A DNA stretch of 64,000 nt from an uncultured bacterium (GTDB lineage: Bacteria > Hinthialibacterota > Hinthialibacteria > Hinthialibacterales > JAKPRU01): NCBI GenBank assembly GCA_964612675.1, contig CAZTDD010000002.1:138461-202460 (forward strand), read 5' to 3'. Below the pieces are notes generated by a model. That model saw only the letters and a program-made list of their open reading frames with translations. It was not told the DNA's origin and did no database searches. Below are positions 51,452 to 61,045 of the stretch, piece after piece; the first letter of the stretch is position 1; every line of letters starts with the position of its first letter. Position numbers and translations under genes: made by a program.

Positions 51452-52534
51452 ATGGAATCGGTCCGAGTCGGTTTGGTCGGTTCGGGATTTGTCTCTGAAA
51501 TTCATGCTCAAGCACTCTCTGGCGTGAAGGGCGCTACCCTTCTCGCTGCGGCGTCTCCGACGAAGAGTCATATCGAGGCATTCGCAGCAAGGCACCGGAT
51601 CCCTCATTACTTCACCGACTATCGGCAGATGCTCGAACTGCGTGAGCTGGACCTGATTGTCCTCGGCCTTCCGAACGATTTGCATTGTCAAGTCGTTCTC
51701 GATGCCGCCTCTGCCGGTAAACACATCGTTTGCGAAAAGCCTCTCTGTCTCAACCTTCGGGAAGCGGACCGGATGATCGATGCCTGCAAAGACGCAAATG
51801 TCAAATTGATGTATGCCGAAGAGCTGTGTTTCGCCCCGAAATACGTGCGGCTCAAGCAGCTGATCAAGGAAGGGGCGCTCGGGGAAATCTATCTGGTGAA
51901 ACAGAGCGAAAAACATGATGGGCCCCACACGCCCTGGTTTTGGGACGTCAATCGTTCAGGCGGTGGCGTAACGATGGATATGGGATGTCATGCCTTCGAA
52001 TTCTTTCGTTGGCTACTCGGCAAACCGAACGTCGTTGATATTTACGCCGACATGAAGCAGGTGGCCCACGGTGGGAGAACAGAAGGGGACGACAACAGTC
52101 TGTTGGTGGTTACTTTTGAAAACGGAGCGACCGGAATCGCCGAAGAGAGCTGGGCCAAGAAGGGCGGCATGGACGATTGCGCCGAACTGCACGGCACCGA
52201 CGGCGTGGCATATGCCGACCTGCTTCGAGGAAATTCCATTTTGACATACAGCGACACGGGATATGGCTACGCCGTGGAAAAGGCGAGTTCAACCAGAGGT
52301 TGGTCGTTCACGATATACGAAGAGGTCTGGAACTACGGGTTCCCGCAAGAAATGCAGCACTTTGTCGATTGCGTACGTGAAGACAATGAACCGCTCGAAA
52401 CCGGTGAGGATGGACGCGCTGTACTGGAGATGGTTTTCGCTGCATATCGCTCGGCTGCGGAGGGAAGAAAAATATCGCTCCCGTATACCTCGGATGACGA
52501 CCGCCCAATCGATTCCTGGTTGGCCGCACGTTGA
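51452..52534 (+). CDS. Gfo/Idh/MocA-family oxidoreductase
   Basis: VGLVGSGFVSEIHAQAL Rossmann start and EKPL motif; ATG 51452 with GGAGG RBS. Confidence 0.7.
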   Translation: MESVRVGLVGSGFVSEIHAQALSGVKGATLLAAASPTKSHIEAFAARHRIPHYFTDYRQMLELRELDLIVLGLPNDLHCQVVLDAASAGKHIVCEKPLCLNLREADRMIDACKDANVKLMYAEELCFAPKYVRLKQLIKEGALGEIYLVKQSEKHDGPHTPWFWDVNRSGGGVTMDMGCHAFEFFRWLLGKPNVVDIYADMKQVAHGGRTEGDDNSLLVVTFENGATGIAEESWAKKGGMDDCAELHGTDGVAYADLLRGNSILTYSDTGYGYAVEKASSTRGWSFTIYEEVWNYGFPQEMQHFVDCVREDNEPLETGEDGRAVLEMVFAAYRSAAEGRKISLPYTSDDDRPIDSWLAAR

Positions 52535-52639
52535 CATTATGTCACCGAGTTCAGGACAAACGAGCTTTTCACGGGAGGGCGAAGCTCCCGCTGAGCCGCT
52601 GACACTTCCATTCGTAGTGAAGAAACACCGGAGCACGAA

Positions 52640-53329
52640 ATGTCGCCGATTGACACAAAACCGCTCGCCGCTGAGCAGAAGCGTCTCGCCTCGCGAGTCA
52701 GTTTGCAGAACGACCTGCCGCCTTGGAAAGAAATTCGAACGGTGGCCGGCTGTGACGTTTCCTGCCGAATGCACGGGAAGGTCGGCTTTGGGGCGGTTGT
52801 TGTACTTTCGTATCCTACGATGGAGGTGATTGAGGAGCAGACGCATATCGATGGACTGGATTTTCCGTACATCCCCGGATTTCTGTCGTTTCGGGAACTG
52901 CCGCTTATTATGGAATGTTGGCGTAAACTTGTAGTAAAGCCGGATGTGGTCATTTGCGATGCCCAGGGAATCGCGCATCCGCGTCGGATCGGTCTCGCTG
53001 CTCATTTCGGGGTTGAAAGCGGCGCTGTGACCGTCGGTTGCGCTAAATCACTGCTTGTGGGGCAGTATCGTGAGCCCGGCTACCGTCGAGGCTGCCGGAC
53101 GGCGTTGCGTCTAAACGGAGAGAAGATCGGTGAGGTTGTCCGGACACGGGACGGGGTTAAACCTCTGTTTGTCAGTCCGGGGCATCGGATCGATTTCGAT
53201 CATGCGTCAAAACTCGTGCTTCGTTTGGCGTCACGGTTCCGTCAATCCGAGCCGATTCGTGCAGCCCATAGGCTGGTCAATGAGCTGCGCGAACAGTGTG
53301 ACCCTATCGGCGGTCGAGGAGAATCATGA
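52640..53329 (+). CDS. nfi: Endonuclease V
   Basis: GCDVS...YIPGFLSFRE...DAQGIAHPRRIGLAAHFGV motifs. Confidence 0.75.
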   Translation: MSPIDTKPLAAEQKRLASRVSLQNDLPPWKEIRTVAGCDVSCRMHGKVGFGAVVVLSYPTMEVIEEQTHIDGLDFPYIPGFLSFRELPLIMECWRKLVVKPDVVICDAQGIAHPRRIGLAAHFGVESGAVTVGCAKSLLVGQYREPGYRRGCRTALRLNGEKIGEVVRTRDGVKPLFVSPGHRIDFDHASKLVLRLASRFRQSEPIRAAHRLVNELREQCDPIGGRGES

Positions 53330-54699
53330 AACCGAAGGAATGGACTCGCATACTGAAGCAGCGATGGCGGCAGCTGGAATCGTTTCTCCGCAGGGATCTG
53401 TGGGTGGAACGTCCGAGCGATCATGTCAGACCGTGGCTGCAAGGGTCGTTGCGTTTCTTTATTCTTGTTGCGCGCGAATTCCGGCGGGACGATCTGTTGA
53501 CACGCGCCTCCGCATTGACCTACATCGCTCTGCTCGCGCTGGTTCCGATTTTGACCGTGATGTTTGTCGCATTTCGCGGACTCGAACTCGACAGAATTGA
53601 AGACGATCTGATCGAAAAAGTCTTTGTCAATCTGCAATTGGATACGGTCGTCACAAGCGAGGCGGTCAAATCGGTGGGCACCTTTATTCGTGAAACGGTG
53701 AACGAGATCAACTTCAAAGCCTTGGGAGTGGCGGGTTTGCTGGGACTGATTTTTACCTCCGTGATGGCCATCGGAAGCGTCGAGGAGTCATTCAACCGTA
53801 TATGGAGCGTAACGAAGGGAAGAAGTATTTGGCGGCGATTCAGCGACTATCTCAGCGTGTTGATCGTTGGTCCGCTGCTTGTCTTTTTTACATTGACTCA
53901 GAGTGTGCAGCTGGTAAAGCGCGTGGTCGGTGACACGTTCGGGTTCGTCGGTTTTGCATTGAGTGTTGGCAACATCATTGTGTCCCACCTCGGGCCGCTG
54001 CTGATTTCGACCTTGGCATTCACTTTTGTGTACATTTTCCTGCCGTATACACGGGTCAAATTGACTTCGGCGCTGTTCGGCGGTTTTCTCGCCGGGCTTC
54101 TGTGGCACATTTCCCAGTGGGCGTATGTTGAGTTTCAGATCGGCGTTGCGCGATACAGCGCCCTGTATGGAACCCTTTCCGCATTGCCCATATTCCTCGT
54201 CTGGCTTTTCTTGAGTTGGGTGATCCTGCTGCTGGGAGCGGAGGCGACCTATTGTTTTCAGCACTATCGTCGGCTATCGAGAGAGTTCTTGGACGTCGAA
54301 CTGTCCGAGCAGGATCGGGAATCGGTAGCAATGTGGATTACCGCCCGTGTGATTGAATCGTTTGTTTTGAACAAGCCGCGATGGACCGTCACGCGACTGA
54401 GCGACGCCCTTCATTTGCGAGATAGTGTCACAGCAGAGATTGTTGAACCTTTAATCGAGCGAAACATACTGGCTTTCTTGTCGGGCGAGCAAGGAGAACT
54501 TGTTCCCGGACACGATCCTTCCGCCATTCGCTTATCCGACGTGGTCCAAGCGATGCGAACAAAAGGCGACCGAATCTCCGATCAGATGCCCGATGAACTG
54601 TACCAACGCGTCGTTCATATCGAGGATCGGCTTACACGACTGGGAACGGAGGAGGCGGATCGATCATTTTTGGATTTGATACAGGATTCGGCGAAGTGA
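53326..54699 (+). CDS. YihY/BrkB-family inner-membrane protein
   Basis: About 6 TM segments plus C-terminal cytoplasmic domain; ALTYIALLALVP signature; ATGA overlap with nfi. Confidence 0.65.
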   Translation: MKPKEWTRILKQRWRQLESFLRRDLWVERPSDHVRPWLQGSLRFFILVAREFRRDDLLTRASALTYIALLALVPILTVMFVAFRGLELDRIEDDLIEKVFVNLQLDTVVTSEAVKSVGTFIRETVNEINFKALGVAGLLGLIFTSVMAIGSVEESFNRIWSVTKGRSIWRRFSDYLSVLIVGPLLVFFTLTQSVQLVKRVVGDTFGFVGFALSVGNIIVSHLGPLLISTLAFTFVYIFLPYTRVKLTSALFGGFLAGLLWHISQWAYVEFQIGVARYSALYGTLSALPIFLVWLFLSWVILLLGAEATYCFQHYRRLSREFLDVELSEQDRESVAMWITARVIESFVLNKPRWTVTRLSDALHLRDSVTAEIVEPLIERNILAFLSGEQGELVPGHDPSAIRLSDVVQAMRTKGDRISDQMPDELYQRVVHIEDRLTRLGTEEADRSFLDLIQDSAK

Positions 54700-54705
54700 G
54701 ACACC

Positions 54706-55674
54706 GTGATCGAGTGGATTCAAGATCAATTTGGAGTATTCCAGGGGACCTATACGTACAGAATTGTACTGACCGCGTGGGACCTTTTCGTTACGCTTTG
54801 GCTTCCCTTGCTGATCGGGCTCGCGTTGACCGCAACCATCATGGTCTCCGTTTCCGCGGAGACCGTCCGGAAGTTGCTTTCAGGTAACCGTTGGTGGGCC
54901 ATCATAACGGCAACCTTACTTGGCACTGTGTCGCCCTTGTGTACTTATCTTGCGATTCCACTGGTTGCGATTCTACTCCGTGCCGGTTTACCTCCGGGAC
55001 CGCTTACCGCCTTTCTCTTTTCATCGCCGCTAATGAACCCGACGTTGTTTTCATTGACCTGGGGCGCTCTCGGGCTGCCGATGGCGATGGCGCGGCTGGT
55101 GGCCGCTGTTTTGATCGGTCTCTGCGCGGGGATTGTGGTTGAGGAACTCTTGCGCCGCGGCTGGTTTTCGTTTGCGTCGATTGGCGACACACAGCTCGAA
55201 CGCCGTCTCGAAAGGCATCGAACACCCGGCGGACCTTACTGGAAACGCTGGCTCGGGTCGTTTTTTCATCTTGGATGGTTTACCGGGAAGTATTTCTTCT
55301 TGGCATTGATTTTAGCCGCTGCTGTAAAAGAACTGATTCCAATTGAGTGGGTGATGAGCGTTCTTGGACGGCAGCATTCTTACTCCATCGTTCTGGGCAT
55401 GGCGATGGGCGTTCCTCTTTATGCCTGTGGCGGCGGGACAATCCCATTTATCAAGGTCCTGAGCGATATGGGCATGGATCCGGGCGCTTGCCTGGCGTTT
55501 TTCGTCTCCGGCCCCGCCACCAAAGTGCCGACTCTGGCGGCAATGTCGGCCACATTGAAAGGTCGATTCTTGACCTTCTATCTTATCCTCATGCTGGGAG
55601 CCGCCTTGGTGTTCGGCTTCATCTACAGTCCGCTGGCCTGGGCGTGTGGCTGGGGCTCGACGATTGGCTATTAG
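54706..55674 (+). CDS. Putative permease (DUF318/YraQ-like)
   Basis: Two-repeat polytopic layout with conserved CxC...GG loops; GTG start. Confidence 0.5.
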   Translation: MIEWIQDQFGVFQGTYTYRIVLTAWDLFVTLWLPLLIGLALTATIMVSVSAETVRKLLSGNRWWAIITATLLGTVSPLCTYLAIPLVAILLRAGLPPGPLTAFLFSSPLMNPTLFSLTWGALGLPMAMARLVAAVLIGLCAGIVVEELLRRGWFSFASIGDTQLERRLERHRTPGGPYWKRWLGSFFHLGWFTGKYFFLALILAAAVKELIPIEWVMSVLGRQHSYSIVLGMAMGVPLYACGGGTIPFIKVLSDMGMDPGACLAFFVSGPATKVPTLAAMSATLKGRFLTFYLILMLGAALVFGFIYSPLAWACGWGSTIGY

Positions 55675-55718
55675 TTGGGAATCTCTCGATGATGGGGTTT
55701 CGGGGAGAAGCAAGGCTA

Positions 55719-55765
55719 CTGAATCACGAAAACACGAAGGAGCACGAAGGCACGAAAAAGAAAAC
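55719..55765. repeat. 47-bp direct repeat rich in CACGAA (copy 1; copy 2 at 59035-59081, 44/47 identical)
   Basis: CTGAATCACGAAAACACGAAGGAGCACGAAGGCACGAAAAAGAAAAC; the two copies flank the FGE-domain gene. Confidence 0.6.
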
Positions 55766-55946
55766 AAAACCGGGAAAAGAACCAATATACAACAGAGACG
55801 TATGTTTTTTTGTGCTTTTTCAGTTCTTCCGGCTTGTTTCCCCCACCATGACTCGGCTAGACACCCTTAAGCTTCTGCACGATGATTTCCGATTAGTCAT
55901 CGTGCGGTCTTAGCTCCGCCCATCCACCATGAGAAAGTGAGACATC

Positions 55947-58900
55947 GTGAAGCACACCATTCCGTTTGCATTTCTTTTTCTTCTTGCGCTGCCATCCTCA
56001 AGTCAAAACACCGGAATCCTCTTGACTCCCGAACGTGTATTCACCTTCGACTCTGCGAACGAATTCACCGAGTATCCCGGCGGATTCGACGGGGCGGAAG
56101 CCGGGTCTGTAGAGGTAGGCGAGATTCCGGCAGATCCGAATGCTCTGAGTGACGGGCAGGGAGCCACGATCACTGTTGCCCCAGGCCAAGTTGAGCTGTT
56201 GATGTTTCCGTCGCTGGAGGTCAGAGACCATGTGGCGCTTTTCCGCGTGTCCGTTCAATCAAACGGGCCGGGAGCGGCGGTGGCGTTGGCGGCGTTGGAT
56301 GGGTCAATGGACGGCTCCATTGGCACAAATATCCCTGCCAACAGCAGCATCTTCCAAGGCAATTACCAGCGCTTGGTTCTCCTGTATGAGCCACCGGGCA
56401 CAAACATCATTCCGGTGATTCAAGTCGCGAACATGGCCGGTGAGCAGCCGGTTTCCATTTATGTCGACAATCTGGAGGTTCTGTTGATCCCCAGAGGTGA
56501 GACTATCCCAACGGACCTATTGTACGGGAGCAGAGCCGAGGAACCGATACCCGGCGAAACCATCACCATCCCCCTCGATCTCCCTGAAGATGCGAAACCG
56601 CTGGAAATGGTCTTGATCCCGGCGGGGACGTTCACCATGGGCTCGCCGGAGGATGAGCAGGGTCGCTTTGACGAGACACAGCATGAGGTGACGATCAGCC
56701 GGGATTTCTATATCGGGAAGTATGAGGTGACGAACGCGCAGTTCCGCGCTTTCCGGCCGGACCATGACAGCATGGATTACGATGGCCTTAGCCTCAATGG
56801 AAACGATCAACCGGTTGTGTACGTGAGTTGGCATGATGCGGTAGCGTTCTGTGAATGGCTGTCGGCGGAAACGGGGACTGAATTTCGGTTGCCTACCGAA
56901 TCGGAATGGGAATATGCATGCCGTGCAGGGACGACAACGCGGCGGTACTGGGGCGATGACCTCAATGAAGACCAGGCGTGCGGGTATGCGAATGTGGCTG
57001 ACCAGACGGCCAAGAGCAGATGGTCGAATGGGACGGTGTTTAATTGTGATGATGGTCATCCCGTCACGGCTCCGGTTGGCCGGTTCCGACCGAATGATTT
57101 CGGTCTGTACGATATGCTCGGTAACGTTGGGGAATGGTGTCAGGACTGGAACGGCACTTATCCATCAGGTCCAATAGTTGATCCAGTTGGTCAACCAAGT
57201 GGCTTTCACCGCGTCCTCCGCGGGGGGAGTTGGCTCAGCCCGGGGGGCGTACGATCGGCGAACCGGGCCGGCGCGTTGCCTGGCGCCAAGGACGCCATCC
57301 TCGGGTTTCGGTTAGTGTTAGTTTCTTCTCAGACTCCGTCTTCCAAGCCGACGCCGACAGCGACCCCGACCAACACGCCGACCCCCACGGCAACCCCACT
57401 ACCCGATGATTCGAGTAGGGAGTCGATAACGATTCCCCTCGATATCCCTGAAGATGCGAAGCCGCTGGAAATGGTCTTGATCCCGGCGGGGACATTCATG
57501 ATGGGATCACCTGAGGATGAGAGGGGAAGGTATGACGTTTATGACTGGCCGCCGCATAAAGTGACCATTAGCCAGGATTTCTATATAGGCAAATATGAGG
57601 TGACGCAGGCCCAATGGGAAGCACTGATGAGCGACAATCCAGCTACCGGCATGAGCGACAATCCGGCTACCGGCAGGGGGGAAGGAGATGATTATCCCGT
57701 TTATAAGGTGAGCTGGATTGATTGCCAGACGTTTATTGAGGAGTTGAATGAACTAGGCCACGGAACATTTCGTTTGCCGACGGAAGCAGAATGGGAGTAC
57801 GCATGCCGCGCGGGAACAACCACGAGATTTTCGTTTGGGGATGCACTGGAGTGCCCCGACTACACAACTTCCTACGATCCGCCGACTCCGTTGTACTGCG
57901 AGTTGGCCGACCAGTACATGTGGTGGAGTGGCAATAATAGTCCGTACGGGGCAAACGTGGTCGGGCTCAAGTCACCGAATCCCTGGGGACTCTATGACAT
58001 GCACGGCAATATCAGCGAGTGGTGTTCGGACTGGTGGGAGGAATCGTACAGCAAAGCGGACCAAGTCGACCCGGCCGGTCCGGAGTCGGGCTCGTACCGC
58101 GTAATTCGCAGTGGTTCCTGGCTCGGTGATGCCGGGGGGTGTCGATCCGCGAGCCGCAACTACGCGTGGCCTGATCGGGGAGCGGGGGTATCAACATCGG
58201 TTTGCGTGTTATCCTTTCCCGGGCTCCTTCGTCGGCTCCGAACCCGACACCAACCCTTACGCCCACTCCCGGCGACTTCACAGGCGAAACCGTCACCGTC
58301 CCCCTCGATCTTCCCGAAGACGTCAAGCCGCTGGAGATGGTTTTAATCTCGGCTGGGACATTCATGATGGGCTCGCCGGAGGATGAGCACGGTCGACATG
58401 ATGATGAAATCCGGCATGAGGTGACAATCAGCCGAGATTTCTATATGGGCAAGTACGAGGTGACACAAGCGCAATGGGAAGTGGTCATGTGGAACAATCC
58501 CTCTGATTACCAGGATATGCCGAACCACCCCGTGGAGCCACTCTCATGGCATGATTGCCGGGACTTTATCGAGAAATTGAACGAAATGAGTTTGGTGTCT
58601 GGGGAATTCCGGTTGCCGACGGAGGCGGAGTGGGAGTACGCATGCCGCGCAGGAACGACGACACGATACTACTGGGGCGACGATCCGGAATACACAGAGG
58701 CTGAGGGGTATGCGTCGTATCTTCCAGATGACAGCGGCCAGCGTACAAAGGAAGTCGGTCAGAAACTGCCGAACGCGTGGGGCCTATACGACATGAGCGG
58801 GAATGTGTGGGAGTGGTGCCAAGATTGGCGCGGAGAATATCCAACCGGTCCTGTAGTCGATCCGATCGGTCCACAAAGCGGCACGCACCGCATCATGCGC

Positions 58901-59017
58901 GGCGGCTCTCCGACGTTTCACCCGTGGCCGATTCGCTCGGCGAACCGGGTTGGGGGCGGACCCAATAACGCATACGAGCGCACCGGATTGCGATTGGTGC
59001 TTTCCCGGGTTCCATGA
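55947..59017 (+). pseudogene. Secreted protein with three tandem FGE-sulfatase (SUMF1-like) domains joined by Pro/Thr-rich linkers; frame broken by a -1 shift at a GGGG run (58177-58180)
   Basis: ORFs 55947..58346 and 58202..59017 encode domains 1-2 and domain 3; adding one G to the run gives ...WPDRGSGGINIGLRVILSRAPSS, matching the linkers after domains 1 and 3; each domain has RLPTEAEWEYACRAGTTTR. Confidence 0.6.
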
Positions 59018-59111
59018 TGCACCGTTGAATCACGAAAACACGAAGAAGCACGAAGGCACGAAGAAGAAAACGCCACCTTTTGGAGTGCGGTGGCTCCGAC
59101 ACCGCTTTGTC

Positions 59112-59810
59112 TCAGTACGGCGACGCGGCCTCGAGTAGGAATTGATTATCGGGGTTTCGGGACTCGCCGCCGCTGGTCACACGAATCGCGGCGGGGTCGT
59201 TGATCGGACAAACCGACTCGCATATACCGCATCCTACGCACAGATCCGGATCGACATACGGCCGTTTAAAGATTTTCGTTGTCCCATCGCGCAGGACAAC
59301 CTCTTCTTCTTTGGCGAAAATCGCCTTCTCCGGAGTCGGACAGTGCTCCTCACAAACAATGCAGTCGGTATCGTACGCCCACGGAAGACAGCGAGTGGTG
59401 ACGAAATGGGCTGTGCCCATCTTGACCTCGTGCTTCTCCTCCATGGTCAGTTCTTCGATTGCGCCTGTCGGACAGACCTGGCCGCAAAGTGTGCAGTTGT
59501 ACTCGCAATACCCGATACGCGGGATCAGAACAGGTGTCCATAGCTCCGCCACGCCGCCCTGCAAAGTCGCCGGATGAAGCGCATTCTCCGGACAGACCCT
59601 CATACATTCGCCGCACCGGATGCATTTCCGCAGAAACTCGTCCTCCGGCAGCGCTCCCGGCGGGCGGATCAGCTCAGGACTGAAGGTCTTCCCCTGTGTC
59701 ACAGGAGACACCTTCAGGAGAAGCGCTGTTGCCGCTCCCGCCGCGCCGGCGGTCAGAATCGACCTGCGGCTGAGCTTTGTTTTGGGTCTACGTTTTGCTT
59801 TTTTCGCCAT
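59112..59810 (-). CDS. Tat-exported 4Fe-4S dicluster ferredoxin (NapG/MauM-like)
   Basis: RRSILTAGAAGAA Tat motif; four CxxCxxCxxxCP clusters. Confidence 0.65.
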   Translation of the reverse strand: MAKKAKRRPKTKLSRRSILTAGAAGAATALLLKVSPVTQGKTFSPELIRPPGALPEDEFLRKCIRCGECMRVCPENALHPATLQGGVAELWTPVLIPRIGYCEYNCTLCGQVCPTGAIEELTMEEKHEVKMGTAHFVTTRCLPWAYDTDCIVCEEHCPTPEKAIFAKEEEVVLRDGTTKIFKRPYVDPDLCVGCGICESVCPINDPAAIRVTSGGESRNPDNQFLLEAASPY

Positions 59811-59911
59811 CGTTCTCTACAACAGAGTCCATTTTCGTTATGGCGAGCCTCGAACCGGCGGTACCAGAGATTTGAGAAAGAAAATCCGACTGTTCACAGC
59901 TCGTTAGTTCA

Positions 59912-59998
59912 CCGTCATCGCGAGCGAAGCGTGGCGATCTCTTCGTTGCGTGCCCCAACGGCGAGATTCCCACGTCGCTCCGCTCCTCGGAATGACGG
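59912..59998. repeat. About 88-bp structured repeat, copy 2
   Basis: Aligns to 50191-50278. Confidence 0.55.
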
Positions 59999-60016
59999 AT
60001 TCGGTCGCAATGACGG

Positions 60017-60985
60017 TCATGGCTCTCTCTTCTTCCGTGGTTTGATCGGTGGAACGATCTGCCAGGACCGTCTAAACAATCTCCACCGGAAACTGATTGC
60101 TCCCTCAGGACACCGCTCCCGACAATTAAAACATACGAAACATTCCTGTTTCTTCCAGTCGTTTTGCAGGTGCGGATCGCAGGCCCCGTGACAGTACGGG
60201 ACACACAAATTGCAGTTCACACACTTCTCAGGATCGTTGTACAACTCAACGCGAGACGTCTTCGAACAGAGTCCCAGCAGTGCGCCCAGCGGGCAGATAT
60301 ACCGGCACCAAAAACGAAACCGGACCAGCGCCAAAACCATCAGCAGGATGAACAGTATCCCGATGAGAACCCCGCCGTCGCTTGCGATCGGGTCAAATGA
60401 CAATACGTGATCGTCCAAGAATGAGTAGACCGGTTCGGAGACTTTGGTGACTTTGACCGGGCCGATACCCGGGTCGGTGTGATAGAGCCACGTGAAAAAC
60501 TCTTTGGCACTCCAATCGAACGCCGGATAGATGCTGGTCGCCATTGTTCGATAAAACAGCGGCAGCGGATCGAATATCCCGACGAGATGCAGGCCGCACA
60601 ACGCCGCGATCAGGAGCCCGATCAGCAGCAGATACTTTGATTTCTGCCACTGAGTCCACGTTCCCGTTCGAATGAGCCTGGCGACCGGCCCGCCGCGGCA
60701 CCAGCTCACGAAATTGAACACCGTCCCCAGCGGACACACCCATCCGCAAAACAATCGTCCCAAGAGCAGCGTCAGCGCCACCACAATCAGCGCCAGCAGC
60801 ATGTTCTGCAGGACGCTGCCCGACGCGATATAGGTGGACATCAACACCAGCGGATCGATGTCAAAAAAGAAAGTTGCCCATGCCTCAGTGTCATTTTCGC
60901 CGACCAGCGTAGTCCGTACAAAAATAACGATGAACAGGGCAAGAAAGAAAACTTGAACGAAACGTCGTACATTGACGATACTCAT
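60017..60985 (-). CDS. NapH/MauN-family membrane polyferredoxin
   Basis: TM helices with CGWVCPLG and CRYICPLGA motifs plus C-terminal CxxCxxCxxxCP ferredoxin motifs. Confidence 0.65.
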   Translation of the reverse strand: MSIVNVRRFVQVFFLALFIVIFVRTTLVGENDTEAWATFFFDIDPLVLMSTYIASGSVLQNMLLALIVVALTLLLGRLFCGWVCPLGTVFNFVSWCRGGPVARLIRTGTWTQWQKSKYLLLIGLLIAALCGLHLVGIFDPLPLFYRTMATSIYPAFDWSAKEFFTWLYHTDPGIGPVKVTKVSEPVYSFLDDHVLSFDPIASDGGVLIGILFILLMVLALVRFRFWCRYICPLGALLGLCSKTSRVELYNDPEKCVNCNLCVPYCHGACDPHLQNDWKKQECFVCFNCRERCPEGAISFRWRLFRRSWQIVPPIKPRKKREP

Positions 60986-61045
60986 GTCGAGTAGGGGTAT
61001 CGCCTTTCTGTCTTTTCTTGGTGCGGGCTTTTCACTTAGCCGTTC

